From Octopus vulgaris (taxonomy: Eukaryota): a stretch of 64,000 nucleotides of DNA. Position numbers and translations under genes: made by a program. Of the stretch, positions 1 through 13,486 are shown piece after piece; positions within the stretch are counted from its first letter, which is position 1; each line of letters begins with the position of its first letter. The DNA is taken from the NCBI GenBank assembly GCA_951406725.2, contig OX597840.1:15252001-15316000 (forward strand). The letters run 5' to 3'. The notes below the pieces were generated by a model, which worked only from the letters and a program-made list of their open reading frames with translations, did not search any database and had not been told where the DNA came from.

Positions 1-1125
1 AAGCTCGTTGTTGTGCAAATATTATTATTTGTTGTTTAACCCCAGGTCAGCCCTGATTGTGAAGACCTGTAATGAAAGACATTCCAAGCATGACCAACCT
101 GGCTGTTTTTCTTTCAGAGTGTATCTAGAACTTTTAATGTGTCTGTTCTTTTGTTAAGTTCATAGAGTGTGGGTTGTGGGAGATTAACCTGCCATTTCCA
201 GCAGGTCGAGCCACATTTTTATCATGTGTGTGTTGTACCTTCATATGTTGGTGAAACTCTGAAAGCACATTTGAGTTTTAAAGTTCTTAAAACCACAACA
301 ACAACAACAACAACAATAATAACAACAACCAGAAGTGTTTTAAGGTTGTTTTCCCTTCTGAAGCAAGGATTACTCTTGAGGGCTCTGTGATAGCCTTTTC
401 TATTCTCCCCTGTCCTCTACATTGCCCCCACCCCATCACTAATCCCTGTTGCCTTTATTTCCTCCTCTTTTGTCCTTAGCCATGAATTTTTTTCACTTTT
501 TCTATTTCCTTCCACATTCCTTTACACTATTCTCATCACCTGCTCACTTTTGTCCATCCTTTGCACATGACACAACCATTTCATCCCATTTCTCAGAAGT
601 AGTTTTGAAAAGAACTTTGATAATGATGCTAAAAATTTGGCTAGATTATGTAAAATGATTACCTTAGTCATAATTAACCCTTTTATGCCCATATTTCTAA
701 TTAGATACACTATCTGTTTCAATTAATTTTGAAAATTATTGGGAATTTGGAGATCTTTAGTAAAGTAATTTTGTCATTATGACACTGGCATTTTATTATT
801 TAAATAAAGAAATAACAATTTAATTCAGATATAAATGAACTTCTTGAAGATGAACAGTTTAAAACTGTTTAAAAACGGTGTTTTGTATTGGAGAAAAAGA
901 GGAAGAGGCAAGAAGAGATTTTAAAGATAAAGTTCTGGAAATGACAGGTTTATTAACAAGCAGAATCCTAGGAAATTCTTTGTTATTAATTTTTTATTAT
1001 TTCTATTTTGTTGCATATATTTGTTAATCTCCATAACATCAATTCATTATATTTAAAGCGTTTGCCTATATCTTAAGTTTTTTTCAGTAACAGAGGTTGT
1101 TTAAAGCATAACACTCAACACTTGT

Positions 1126-1491
1126 TTACTCTTTTACTTCTTTCAGTCATTTGACTGTGGCCATGCCGGAGCACCGTCTTTAGTCGAGCAAATTGACCCC
1201 AGGGCTTATTCTTTGTAAGCCTAGTATTTATTTTATCGGTCTCTTTTGCCAAACCACTTAGTTACAGTTGTCAAGCGATGTTGGGAGAACAAACCTATAC
1301 ACACACATACATATATATAGATATATACGACAGGCTTCTTTCAGTTTCCGTCTACCAAATCCACTCACAAAGCTTTGGTCAGCCTGAGGCTATAGTAGAA
1401 GACACTTGCCCAAGGTTCCACACAGTGGAACTGAACCCAGGACCATGTGGTTGGTAAGCAAGCTACTTACCACACAGCCACTCCGATGCCT
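1126..1491 (-). mobile_element. SINE family A copy (tRNA-like head, internal (TA/CA)n, tail ...CCAGCATGGCCGCAGTCAAATGACTGAAACAAGTAAAAG)
   Basis: Reverse complement of the ~400-bp unit seen near-intact at 44671-45080 and 60584-60980. Confidence 0.85.
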
Positions 1492-1771
1492 ATTTCTTTA
1501 CTTGAAATATTTTGATTTTTATCTTCGAGTTTGTTTGATAGTTAAGGTTGTTTACTGTGTAACGCTTTGAAGTCATTACAACTTAAGTTATGTTACTTGA
1601 TGCTTTGTGTTCACATCCAGCACCTGGATGAACTTTTCTTCTTTTGTCCTTTTGGGGATTTGATTAGATAAAATAGCAGTCAAATGCCTGTGTTTGAAGA
1701 AAACTGTTGACTGGAGAAGAAAGAAAAGAAGATTGGATAAAAAGTAGAATATATAAGGAGGAGGAAGGAGG

Positions 1772-1897
1772 AGAGGAAGTGGTGGAGGAGGATCGAGGGG
1801 AGGAGGTGGTGGAGGAGGATCGAGGGGAGGAGGTGGTGGAGGAGGATCGAGGGGAGGAGGTGGTGGAGGAGGATCGAGGGGAGGAGGTGGTGGAGGA
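1772..1897. repeat. 27-bp purine-rich minisatellite (GAGGAGGTGGTGGAGGAGGATCGAGGG, ~4.6 copies)
   Basis: Direct tandem copies visible; gives spurious EEVVEEDRG / poly-Pro ORFs. Confidence 0.9.
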
Positions 1898-2121
1898 GAC
1901 AGCAAGAAAAGAAATAAGAAATATATGCAGCAGAAGAGAAAAGAAGAATGTTAATTTGTGTGTGGATAACAGTGAAGACATGGTAGATATGGGGTATATG
2001 GGTGGGGCTGAGAGATTTAATGTATTCTTAATAGAGTTGTTTAAGGATAACGAACTAAGAAGGTGGTGGTTGGAGTGGGAGTAGCAGGAAGAGAGAGGGG
2101 GAGAAAGAGTGAGTCTGTAAT

Positions 2122-2420
2122 ATATAGACAGATAGATAAGATAGATAGATAGATAAGTGGATTGATGGATAGATAGATAGATAGACAGACAGATAGATAG
2201 GTGGATACATAGACAGATAGATAGATAGATAGATAGATAAGTAGATTGATGGATAGATAGATAGATAGGTGGATACATAGACAGATAGATAGGGAATGAG
2301 TCCAAAGATAGAGAGAGAGAAAGAGAAAGAAAGACAAAGAGACAGAATGAGTGAGAAAGTGAGTGAGAGGGAGAATGAGTGTGAAGATAGAGAGAGAGAA
2401 AGAAAGAGTGAGGGAATGAG
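2122..2420. repeat. (ATAG)n/(GA)n compound microsatellite
   Basis: Direct inspection. Confidence 0.9.
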
Positions 2421-2821
2421 AGAGAGACTGAGGGATATATGCAGTTGGTGAACAAGAAAAAGAGACAAGATAAGAGCGTGTGTATGTGTGCAAGAGAGAA
2501 AGAGAGAGTGGGGGGGGATATGCTTTATGAGGTGTCATCAATACCAATGAAGTTAAACTAACAGACTTTACTGATTGGTTTAAATATGTAAAACTGATAG
2601 ATCTAACACTTTTGTAGTTTCTCCTCTTTACAATATTTCTCTGTCTCTCTCTCTCTCCCTCCCCCCCCTCTCTCTCTTTCTCATCTATCTCCTTTGTTTG
2701 CCTTCTTCCCTCTCTCTCCCACCAACACCACTTCTGTCTCATCTTCCATCACCTATCTGTCTCTTATCCATCCATCCATCTTTCTCACTCTCTCTCCCTA
2801 CCAATATTACTGCTGTTTATC

Positions 2822-3128
2822 TGGTGTGTGGCCTAGTGGTTAGGGCATTCATCTCACAATTGTAAGGTCATGAGTTCAATTCCCAGCGACGCATTGTGTC
2901 CTTGAGCAAAACACTTTATTTCACATTCCTCCTGTCCACTCAGCTGGCAAAAATGAGGAGTACCTGTAATTCAAAGGACCAGCCTTGTCACACTCTGTAT
3001 CACACTGAGTCTCCTCAAGAACTACATTAAGGGTAGGCGTGTTTGTGGAGTACTCAGCCACTTGTGCATTAATTTCACAAGCAGGCTGCTCCTTTGACTG
3101 AATCCTTGTCATCGAAACCAACGGAGTG
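2822..3128 (+). mobile_element. SINE family C copy (tRNA-derived head followed by a CORE-like TCCTTGAGCAAGACACTTT segment)
   Basis: A box TGGCCTAGTGG and B box GAGTTCAATTCC; related copies near 21990-22310(+), 36310-36422(-), 39130-39513(-), 47183-47415(+), 53010-53160(+), 60315-60530(+). Confidence 0.75.
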
Positions 3129-3149
3129 CCAGGTTTTATTTTTAATACA

Positions 3150-3371
3150 TACAAGAGGCTGTTGTAAAGTTACTGGCTTTGGGTAAAAGAAAACACAGGA
3201 GTATCAGTTAATTATGATTTTATTCAACATATTCCCCTCTCGGATTCACACACTTATTGCAGAGGTCATTCAGTTTTACTAAGCCCTGTGAAAGAACTTG
3301 GAAGGTTGTGCCTCTAACCAGGCCTTTTGTGAAAACCTTAAAGCCAGAAACTTTTCAGCATCCCCCTTATC
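3150..3371. mobile_element. mariner-type MITE, degenerate
   Basis: Imperfect ~30-bp TIRs ACAAGAGGCTGTTGTAAAGTTACTGGCTTT ... AAAGCCAGAAACTTTTCAGCATCCCCCTTA around ~160 bp non-coding interior. Confidence 0.6.
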
Positions 3372-3843
3372 AATATGTCTGTGTGTGTGGTGTGTGCACA
3401 TGTGTGTGTGTGTGTGTGTGTATACATACATACATACATACATATATACATATACTCTTTTACCCTTTCACTTGTTTCAGTCATTTGGCTGTGGCCATGC
3501 TGGAGCACTGCCTTTAGTCAAACAAATCAACCCCAGAACTTATTCTTTGTAAGCCTAGTACTTGTTCTATCAGTCTCTTTTGCTGAACCACTAGGTTATG
3601 AAGAGGTAAACACACCAACATTGGTTGTCATGCAACTGTGAGGGGACAAACACAGACACACAGATACATACATACATATATGTGCAGGTATTACTGTGTG
3701 GTAAGAAGCTCACTCCCCAACCTCATGGTTCTGAGTTCAGTCCCACTGCATGGCACCTTGGGCAAGTGTCTTCTCCTATAGCCTCAGGTTGACCAAAGCC
3801 TTGCAAGTGGATTTAGTAGACAGAAACTGAAAGAAGCCCATTG

Positions 3844-3874
<31 letters not shown>

Positions 3875-3994
3875 ACACACACACACATGTATATATATGC
3901 ATATACATACACACACACACACACACACACACCGAGGTTGTCAGGTGCAGCCCATATGTACACATATGCCTGAGTGTGCTTCTCTACTCCTCAC

Positions 3995-4280
3995 TGTGTT
4001 GTCCAGGTGAGAAAAGAATGGATGACAAGCAATTTCTGTAGCATCATTTTCTCCAGGAGATTGGATGAAGAGATGAAGAAATAATTGTTCAATTGGTGGA
4101 ACAGCTTAAAACCTGGAAAAAATATTTCCAAGGCTGCAGTAAAAGATGTTGATATTAATTCTAAGTCGTGGAAGATCCTTGCATTTGAGACATCTGTCCT
4201 ATAGAGTCGTGTAAAGAATTGTGCTACAGTGTCTGAGCAGCCGAGACACAGACAAGTTGAGTAGAAGAGGATGTTGGAAC
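3995..4280 (+). pseudogene. highly degenerate RTE-clade LINE 3' fragment
   Basis: Broken frames give RMDDKQ..., LKTWKK..., INSKSWKILAFE, resembling the RTE C-terminal HVxRM...W..LA..R pattern; stops and frameshifts. Confidence 0.45.
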
Positions 4281-4457
4281 ATTCTGGAGTCAGTGAACTG
4301 GGGAAAAAGAAAAAAGAATGTTCAGTCATTTTTGGACTCTTCAATCAATGATGTCATAGTCTTCAACTATGAGGATGGATGAACGAGGATATGTGCAGTG
4401 TGTATGTACACATGTCAATGTGTGTGTGTGTGTATGTATACATACATACACACACAC

Positions 4458-4496
<39 letters not shown>

Positions 4497-4509
4497 TATA
4501 TATATACAC

Positions 4510-4546
<37 letters not shown>

Positions 4547-4982
4547 CGTGTGTTTCTCAGAGGAATTGAGTTGATGGATTATGTTTTACAATTCTGTGGA
4601 CAAGTACTTCCAATATGCTTTTGTGTATGTGTGTGTGTGTGTTCATATGTATGAGTGTGCCTTTTATGTACGGATTTGTGTATCTGTCTGTGTGTGCGAA
4701 TATGTATATGTGTTTAAGTATTAAGTGTGTATGTATGATGCATGAATGCATATGATTATGTAGATAGCGATTAGTATACGGCTTTATTATTTATTTGTGG
4801 GTATGCATGTAACTATGCCTGTGTCTGTATAGATGCGCAGATACATATACATCTGTCTGTTTATGTGTGCATGGCAATGTGTGTGTGTGTGTGTATATAT
4901 ATATATAAAAATATATGTAAATATGAAACTATTAGTAGCTCTTTCAGTTGTATACTAAATTGATATATAAATATATATATAT

Positions 4983-5063
<81 letters not shown>

Positions 5064-5069
5064 AGTATG

Positions 5070-5106
<37 letters not shown>

Positions 5107-5305
5107 GTTATATATGTGACTACAGTTTCTTTACCTGTTCTGTGTGTATGTACCTGTCAATGTGTGTATATATTACACACAATATACACATATATATATA
5201 TATAATAGTATATATATATATATATATATATATACATAGTTATATATGTGACTACAGTTTCTTTACCTGTTCTGTGTGTATGTACCTGTCAATGTGTGTA
5301 TATGT

Positions 5306-5340
<35 letters not shown>

Positions 5341-5726
5341 CATACACATATACATATGTGTGTGTGTGTAACTACAATGTCATTATTGTACCAATGTTGT
5401 TCATGTCCACTTTTGTTCCAGCTGTGTTGACAGTCGACCTCCCAGTGGGACTGGATGTTCTCCAATAATATTGATTTATTATGGGAAATGATATTACAGT
5501 GGACTCCCTCATTGTCTCCCTCTCTCTCGCCGCATATTGAAACACGCACACACAAATGTATATACAAATATGCATATATATATATTATATCTATATATTT
5601 CTTAAGTCTAGCTGCACTCATCAGAGCAAAACAGTTGCTATGCTAATGGTGCTTACTGAGGCAGGAATGTGTTCACTGATATCTTCCCCCAGAAAAGTAA
5701 AACAAAGAAACACAAACTATCTTTTC

Positions 5727-5839
5727 CGTGTGGTAAGTAGCTTGCATGGCACCTTGGGCAAGTGTCTTCTACTATAGCCTCGGGCCGACCAAAGCCTTGT
5801 GAGTGGATTTGGTAGACGGAAACTGAAAGAAGCTTGTTG

Positions 5840-5886
<47 letters not shown>

Positions 5887-6093
5887 ATATATTTGTGTGT
5901 CTGTGTTTGCCCTCCAACATCGCTTGACAACTGATGCTGGTGTGTTTACGTCCCCATAACTTAGCAGTTCGGCAAAAGAGACCGATAGAATAAGTACTGG
6001 GCTTACAAAGATTAAGTCCTGGGGTCGATTTGCATGACTAAAAGCGGTGCTCCAGCATGGCCGCAGTCAAATGACTGAAGCAGGTAAAAGAGT
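5727..6093 (+). mobile_element. SINE family A copy
   Basis: Matches the family A unit apart from a deletion in the head. Confidence 0.85.
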
Positions 6094-6364
6094 AACACTA
6101 TGTTAAATTCTGGAGACTTGTTGAATCTCTGAGATTGTCTTACCTTCTCGCTTTTAACAAGTACCAGTTGTCATATCAGTCTTTGTTTACTTTCTCTCAA
6201 AGCACAGAGAGTTTTAATAAATCAAGGAATTATCTTTTGTGGTGTTTACTCCACCATTCTTCACGTTTGTTGCCCAAATTCATGCCACTGCCCATTCTCT
6301 GCTCTTTCTCTCAACCCATTTTTCATTTTACATTCACAGAATAGCAGAATGGTTAGCACATCAC

Positions 6365-6732
6365 TTTTACTCTTTTACTTGTTTGTCATTTGACTATGGC
6401 CATGCTGGAGCACCGCCTTTAGTCGAGCAAATTGAACCCAAGACTTATTCTTTCTAAGCCTAGTACTTATTCTATTGGTCTCTTTTGCTGAACTGCTAAG
6501 TTACGGGGTATGTAAACACACCAGTATCGGTTGGGGGTACAAACATACACACACACACACACACATATATATGCATATATACGATAGGCTTCTTTCAGTT
6601 TCCATCTACAAATCCAGTCACAAGGGTTTGGTCGGTCCGAGGCAATAGTAGAAGACACTTGCCCAAGGTGTCACACAGTGGGACTGAACCCAGAACCATG
6701 TGGTTCGTGAGCAAGCTACTTACCACACAGCC
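6365..6732 (-). mobile_element. SINE family A copy
   Basis: Reverse complement of the family A unit. Confidence 0.85.
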
Positions 6733-7010
6733 AACTTTCTCCAACTTTCTTTAATTGCAAAGTCTTTGAACAGATCTTCCAAATTAGTCTTACATAATGC
6801 ATCTGCTTCTCTTCTTAGTAAAAATAAAGCAGCCATCCTGCCTTGTTGCACAGTTGTTTTAATGAGATTTTTAATAGACTTCAACAGAGAAAATGAACGC
6901 TTAGCTGAGCAATTTATCACCATTAATGTTAAAAATATACAAATGGTAATGTCTACATTTGGAAAGGCACACTCAATAATATTTATTTTAGCAAGTTTAA
7001 AATGATTTTC
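6733..7010 (-). pseudogene. hAT transposase C-terminal dimerization-domain remnant
   Basis: MVINCSAKRSFSLLKSIKNLIKTTVQQGRMAALFLL...LEDLFKDFAIK matches the hAT motif TNCSxERSFSxLKxIKNxLRSTMxQxRLxxL. Confidence 0.75.
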
Positions 7011-7289
7011 TAATGTACCGTAAACTATTTACAATTTTTGTGGTGCCCACCCTTTCCTCAATGCCCTAAGCACATACTTTGCTTAAGGGTTAACCCAGTG
7101 TTGCATCCAGCTGTAGAAAGCAAGCCAAATGGACTGGAGCTGGCTTATGAGTTCCAGTCAAACTGTCCAGCACATGCCAGCATGGAAAAGAGCCACTAAA
7201 AGATGATGATGGCACAAGCACGTGCACGTATGAGTTTGTGGAATATAAGTAAATTGGGAGTATACAAAAATAAAGCATTGAACAAGTAG

Positions 7290-7560
7290 TTTATATATAA
7301 TGAAATTATTGTATACAGCACCACAACTTGTCAGAAAGTGCATATAAAGTACATGCAGTAATGAAAGTGAACATACTTGTGTGTGTATGGAGGGGAGAAA
7401 ATCAAGTGTAGTGTTGGCGAATCTCAGGAAGCATGGAAGTCTTGAAGGATGCAGTGCTCCGACAACTAACAACCGATGCCGGCAGTTTGTTCCACGCTTC
7501 AGCAACTCTCAGCGTGAAAAAATGTTTCCTGAAGTCATGGGAGCTGTGCTGTTTTCTTAC
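7290..7560 (-). pseudogene. CR1-clade LINE 3' end
   Basis: HDFRKHFFTLRVAEAWNKLPASVVSCRSTASFK is the CR1 ORF2 terminal FFxxRVxxxWNxLP motif; second copy at ~54085-54345. Confidence 0.85.
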
Positions 7561-7900
7561 TTTGACGGTTGTTATACAAGGATGCTTAGAATGGCACTCA
7601 ATGTCTCCTGGAAGAGTCATACAACAAACGCTGACTTACACCAGGGACTACCAAAAGTAACATTGAATATACAGCATAGAAGGATGAGGCCAGCTGGACA
7701 CTGCATCAGTCACACCGATGAAATTGTCAGCAAGTTAGTGCTCTGGCAACCAATGAAAGGAAGAACCAGGACAGGAAGGAGGAAGATGACTTGTATCGAC
7801 AACTTTCTGAAGGATTCTGTTATGGAAGGGGTACAGGAGCTGAGGACCATTATGGAAGATCGAGATGAATAGGAAAGGATGTGTGGAAACAGTCTTGGGG
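7561..7900 (+). pseudogene. RTE/RTE-X LINE 3' fragment
   Basis: DGCYTRMLRMALNVSWKSH.TN..L...LPKV...IQHRRMR.AGHC....E.VSKLVLWQP..G....GRRKMT.ID, the typical post-RT RTE region. Confidence 0.85.
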
Positions 7901-8481
7901 TGTTCTGAGGGACAACATAGATGGATAGATAGGTAGTGTTGGGCATTTTGCAGCACCCAAGATCATTGAAAGATATACAAACTCTGGCCAGTTTGTGTGC
8001 TTCTATCTTCAGAGGATAGGAAAAATTTTAATGTTTTGGACAGTGATAAGCAATTAATTTTAAAGATGGTGGACGGAGGGAGGGAAGGGTGGAGTAAGGG
8101 AGAGAAGAGTGTGGAGTAGGGGAGATCAGTGTTTGGAGCGAGGAGGATGAAGTAGAAGTGGGTGAAAGCAGGAAATAGTAATGGGTTATGTAAAGACTAG
8201 GAAGAAAGTAATTTTCTAGACAGGGAGACGCTCAGATATCACAACAGATTAAGGAGCGAATTAAGAACATACACGCATACAATTATATATATGTGTGTGT
8301 GTGTGCGTGCATGCATCCATGCATGTGTGTGTGTGTATACATACACACTGATAGATTTATATATATAAATATATATCTACACACAAACATGTACATTTAT
8401 ATCTTTCTATCTATCTATTTATCTCTATCTCTCTCTCTACATATATGTATGTGTGTGTATGTATCTGTATGTATATATATC

Positions 8482-8597
8482 ACCGTCACCGTGACCGACC
8501 AGGCTATCAGATGTTGCTATACATCGCTGGTCACAATGTGCTTCACATCGTTTTAGCCTTCAAATGACGCCACCCCACTGACTAAGCGAGCAGGCCA
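8482..8597 (-). mobile_element. SINE/LINE-type 3' tail fragment (family E)
   Basis: Reverse complement matches ~49327-49445 (TAGCCTGCTCGCTTAG...GGTCGGTCACG). Confidence 0.7.
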
Positions 8598-9096
8598 TGT
8601 ATATATATATATATATATATATACAAACACACACACATATATATGCATATATATGTACGCATACACACACACACATATATACACGTAGATACATACATGA
8701 ATATATGCAAATGTAAAAGTACATATGTAAAAGTATATACACACAGATTATATATTTTTATATACAGATAAGTACACATATTTATATATATACATGTACG
8801 TGTGTGTGTGTGTGTGTGTGTATATACACAAGCAGACTTGACTATATGTATATTTATATCTTTCTATTTATTTATATAACTATATCTATCTCTCTGTATA
8901 TATATACATATATATGTGTGTGTTTGTGTGTGTGTGCGTATATGTATATATATATATATATTTATATATATATACACACACACACGTACATACATACATA
9001 TGCATAAATATATACAAATACACATATACATATATGCATACACATGCACATATATATATATGTGCATGTGTATACAAAATATACTTTTATATTTAC

Positions 9097-9141
<45 letters not shown>

Positions 9142-9184
9142 AATATAAAAGTATATTTTGTATACATACACACAGATTATATAT

Positions 9185-9227
<43 letters not shown>

Positions 9228-9275
9228 GTGTAAATATAAAAGTATATTTTGTATACATACACACAGATTATATAT

Positions 9276-9318
<43 letters not shown>

Positions 9319-10169
9319 AATATAAAAGTATATTTTGTATACATACACACAGATTATATATTTTCATATATATAAATGCACATATTTATACACATGTACC
9401 TGTGTGTGTGTGTGTCTGTTTTCTGCAAAGTGACATTCTCCTCTAATATATCACTTCATCGTTAATGCACAGACAGAATGGAAATTAAATTCTTGAGAAT
9501 GGTTGCTGTGGGTGGCCGGAAGTGGTGGGGGAAGTAGAGGGTTAAAGACCAATACATAAATATAAATGTAGAGATGCCAAGCAAAGAAGGATAGAAAAGA
9601 AAGGAAGAAAGAGCAGAGAGAAATAAAGGAAAGAAGAACGGCAGAGGGAGAGAGAAGAAGGTGGGGAGGGTGATTCCTTTTTATCTATTTACTGTAAAAA
9701 CAATCTGTAAACAGAATGGTAATTCCAAATGTTTTATGAAAGTCCTGCAAGTGTATATTTAACCAAACTGTCACTAATTCCATCATTGTTTCTTGTTTAC
9801 CACAACAAAACATACAATCAATATTGAATAGTGATGTAGAGGCAGTCATTTTTATCATTTTCCCTTCAGAACTTTACAAACTAAGTCATTCTCTCAGATG
9901 CTGCCAAAGTTTCACCTTTCATCAGTCATTTGTGACCTTCGAGTATATTTTATTTAGTCTGTTAATATTTTACTTGTTTCAGTCATTAGATTGTACCCAG
10001 GCTGGGGCACTATTTAAAAAATTTTTTGTGGAATGCATCAACCTCGGTACTTATTTTTTTGTTAAGCCTGGTACTTATTTTATTGGTCTCTTTTGCTGAA
10101 CTGCTAAGTTACAGGGGCGTAAACACACCAACGTAGGTTGTCAAGCAGTGATGAGGGGGATGAACACAA

Positions 10170-10232
<63 letters not shown>

Positions 10233-11065
10233 CAGACATGCAGGAAGTAAATAGACACCTTTAATTTTCAAAATCTTTTATTTAATATGCAAAGCAAACA
10301 ATTGAAATGTAATCGATAGGTAGGACTACATACTTTGGTATTTAGTTGACATTCCCTTTGCAGTTTTTAATTCAGAAACTCTTTTTGCCATTGAACTAAT
10401 GAGCTTTGTGATTGTCTCTTGTGGAATTTCTGCCCTCTTTTCATGCAACAATCAAAACAATTCATCTTTAGATTTATGTTACTGTCGAGTTTTTCATATA
10501 GCTCTATCTAGCATGCTCCAAGGATTTTCAATTGGGTTCATGTCAGGAGATTGACTCGGCCAAGGAAGCTTTTTGATCCCATTTTTAGTCAGCCATTGTT
10601 GATTCCTTTTCGCTGTGTGGCATGGAGCCCCATCTTCCATGAATAAAAACTCATTTTTCATTATGTTATCTTGTGAATACATCGGAAGTAGTCCTTGCTT
10701 AAGTATTTCGATGCATTTTTCAGAACGACCATTGCTGTTGACAGCTCCCCAATACCATTACAGAGATACCACCATGTTTCACAGCTGGTTGGAGTTGTTT
10801 CAAATCAAATTCTGGATTGGGAAGCCTCCAGACCCAAACACATCCACTGTCTGAAAATAATGCAAATCTGGATTCATCTGAGAAAATCACTCTATCCCAA
10901 TATGAACTGGATTTTTCTGATATCTCCTTAGCCTATTTCTTACTTTTCATAATATTAATTGGTTGAAGGAGAGGTTTTCTTCTAGCTGCTTGTCCATAAT
11001 ATGAGTATTTATGCAGATATGTAACACATGTTCTTGGACTAACTTCTAATTGTTTTGCAATGTCA
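10233..11065 (-). mobile_element. Tc1-family transposon remnant (3' part of transposase)
   Basis: FMEDGAPCHTAK...WL...IKKLPWPSQSPDMNPIENPW is the Tc1 DD34E catalytic end; TA|CAG terminus at 10233; frameshifted. Confidence 0.85.
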
Positions 11066-11068
11066 GAA

Positions 11069-11482
11069 TAAACAGCACATGACCTTGCAGGTGGCCCCAG
11101 TTACGATTTTTTTCAGGTTAGGTAATCCATCCCACTCAAAAGGTCCCTGAATAAGGTTTGTTTAAGGATGCTGAACACAACACCCATGTTTCCAAAGGTG
11201 AGTTATCCAAACCCCAAAGAATTCCTCTCAAGACATGGCTATGATGCTCCCCCACTACTGCTCGTGATCAGAGATACACATATTGTCAGCCACCAAGGGA
11301 CATGCTCAACTGCTTAAGGTCAAGCAACTGACAAGCAAAACTTTGGTACTGAGCAGAGTATTTGCTGTAATCCATCTTTTATACCAAGACAAAACAATGT
11401 ACATGACAAAACTTCCAATCAGTTAAGATCAGAAGTCTTGACAGCCAGACCTTGGTACTGCATCAGGGCATTTATTATTATT
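11069..11482. repeat. unclassified interspersed repeat abutting (ATT)n
   Basis: Shares AAACAGCACATGACCTTGC(A/G)GGTGG with 40520-40695; both pieces end at (ATT)n tracts. Confidence 0.55.
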
Positions 11483-11797
11483 CATGCTGGATGAAATGCT
11501 TAGTGTTATTTTGCCCATCGCTATGTTCTGAGTTCAGAATCTGCTGAGGTCGACTTTGCCTTTCATCCTTTCAGGGTCAGTAACATACATACCAGTAAAA
11601 CACTAGGGTTGATGTAATCAACTAGTCCCTATCCCCAAAACTTCAGGCCTTGTGTTTTTAGTAGTAAGGATTATTATTTTTATTATCATTATTATCATTA
11701 TTATTATTATTATCATTATTATTATTAAGGTGGTGAGAATCGTTAGCAAGCTGGGTGAAATGCTTAGCAGCATTTCTACCATCTTTACGCTCTGAGG

Positions 11798-11830
<33 letters not shown>

Positions 11831-13486
11831 GCCATGAGCTGGCTGAAAAGTTAGCCTGCCAAGCAAAATTATTAGCAGCATTTCGTCCTCTTTATGTTCT
11901 GAGTACAAATTCTATTGACGTTGATTTTGCCTTTCACCCTTTTGGGGTCAATAATATACCAGTTGTTTACTGGAGTTGATGTAATTAACTATCACTCTTC
12001 CCTAAAACTTCAGACCTTGTGCCTATTATAGAAAAGATTATTATTATCGTTACATGTAGATAAGTGTTTGTGTCTTGTCGTCTTAACATCCCATGGTAGT
12101 TGTAAATGAGTGCCAATGTCATACAAGCAGTGTAGTTCATTTCCAATGTTTTGTAGAAACATGTCCAGCCATTGGGAAAATCTGCCTTTTCTCAAAAACC
12201 GGCAAAGGTTGGCTACAGGAAGGGCATCTAGCTGTAGAAAACTTACCTCATCAAATTCTTTCTGACTCACACAAGCATGGAAAAGTGGACAATAAAACAA
12301 TGGTGTGTACATGTATCTCCATGTATGTGTGTGCGTGTATGTGTATCTTTTATATTTTACTTGCTTTAGTCAATAGACTGTGGTCATGCTGGAGCACTGC
12401 CTTAAAGTGTTTCATTCAAAGAAATCGACCCCGGTACTTACTCTAAGCAAGCCTACGGTCTCTTTTGCCAAACCACTAAGTTACAGGGATTTAAACACAC
12501 CAACATTGGCTGTCAAGCAATGGTGGGGTAACAAACACAGACACAAAGACACACACCACACCTAAATATATACTTTTATATATCATCATCATCATCATCA
12601 TATATATATATTTATGTGTGGTGTAAGTATGCATACATACATACATACATATATATATATATGACAATGATGATATATATGTGTGTGTGTGTGTTTATGC
12701 ATATACATGTGTACACATATATATATATATATATATACACACACATATTTGTGTGTCTGTCTATGCTTGTATGTGCCTGTATAGGCTATCTTTTTCTGAG
12801 TGATGTATATATATATATGGTTAAATGCACTGCTGGAGCTCTGATAGCCAGTTAAACATTGAGCAGTGCAGCTCTTCTCTTTCTAACAACTTCTCACCCG
12901 AGTAGCCGAGGGATGATTACATTAACGTTACAACGCTTCTGGCTAAATCTATATTGGTAGAGCTTTCTGCAGTATATGAAGTACTTTTGTGTTGTGTTAA
13001 AAAGAATTAAGGTCCAGAGCGTGAACATTTTTCAGGAATGTTTATATTCCTCATGCATGTTAATGTCACAGTTGCTGGCACTAAGGAGAAAAAAATACAT
13101 TAGCGAATGTCTGTTACAGAACAAAATCTAATCTGGCTACTCCCCCCTCTCTCTCTCTTTCTCACTCTCTCTCCATATATGTGTATAGGTGTTTATATGA
13201 ATTATTGCATTAAACTTACAAACTGGACCATTTAAGAGCTTCTACAAACTCAACATTAAACCAGCCAACGTATTATCCTGTACATACATCTGAGTGTGCT
13301 GCCTTACACACTTTCATGCCTCTCTGTGTGTGTACATCTGTATATATATATATGTATACATCTATATATGTATGCCTATTCATATATATATAGTATATGT
13401 ATATATGTGTACGTACTTATCTGTGCATATGTATACACACATATACATATACAGGTATGTACATGTGTGTGTGTGTTTAATATATA

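Noticed and set aside
1588-2742. ORFs of 105-263 aa (poly-Pro, [13 protein letters not shown] repeats)
   Set aside because: Translations of a 27-bp minisatellite and (ATAG)n/(GA)n; no splice or domain evidence.
5422-5520. Plus-strand exon after CTTTTGTTCCAG
   Set aside because: No credible donor nearby and no recognisable peptide.
7381-7872. 163-aa ORF as a single gene
   Set aside because: Chance fusion of an antisense CR1 end with a sense RTE fragment.
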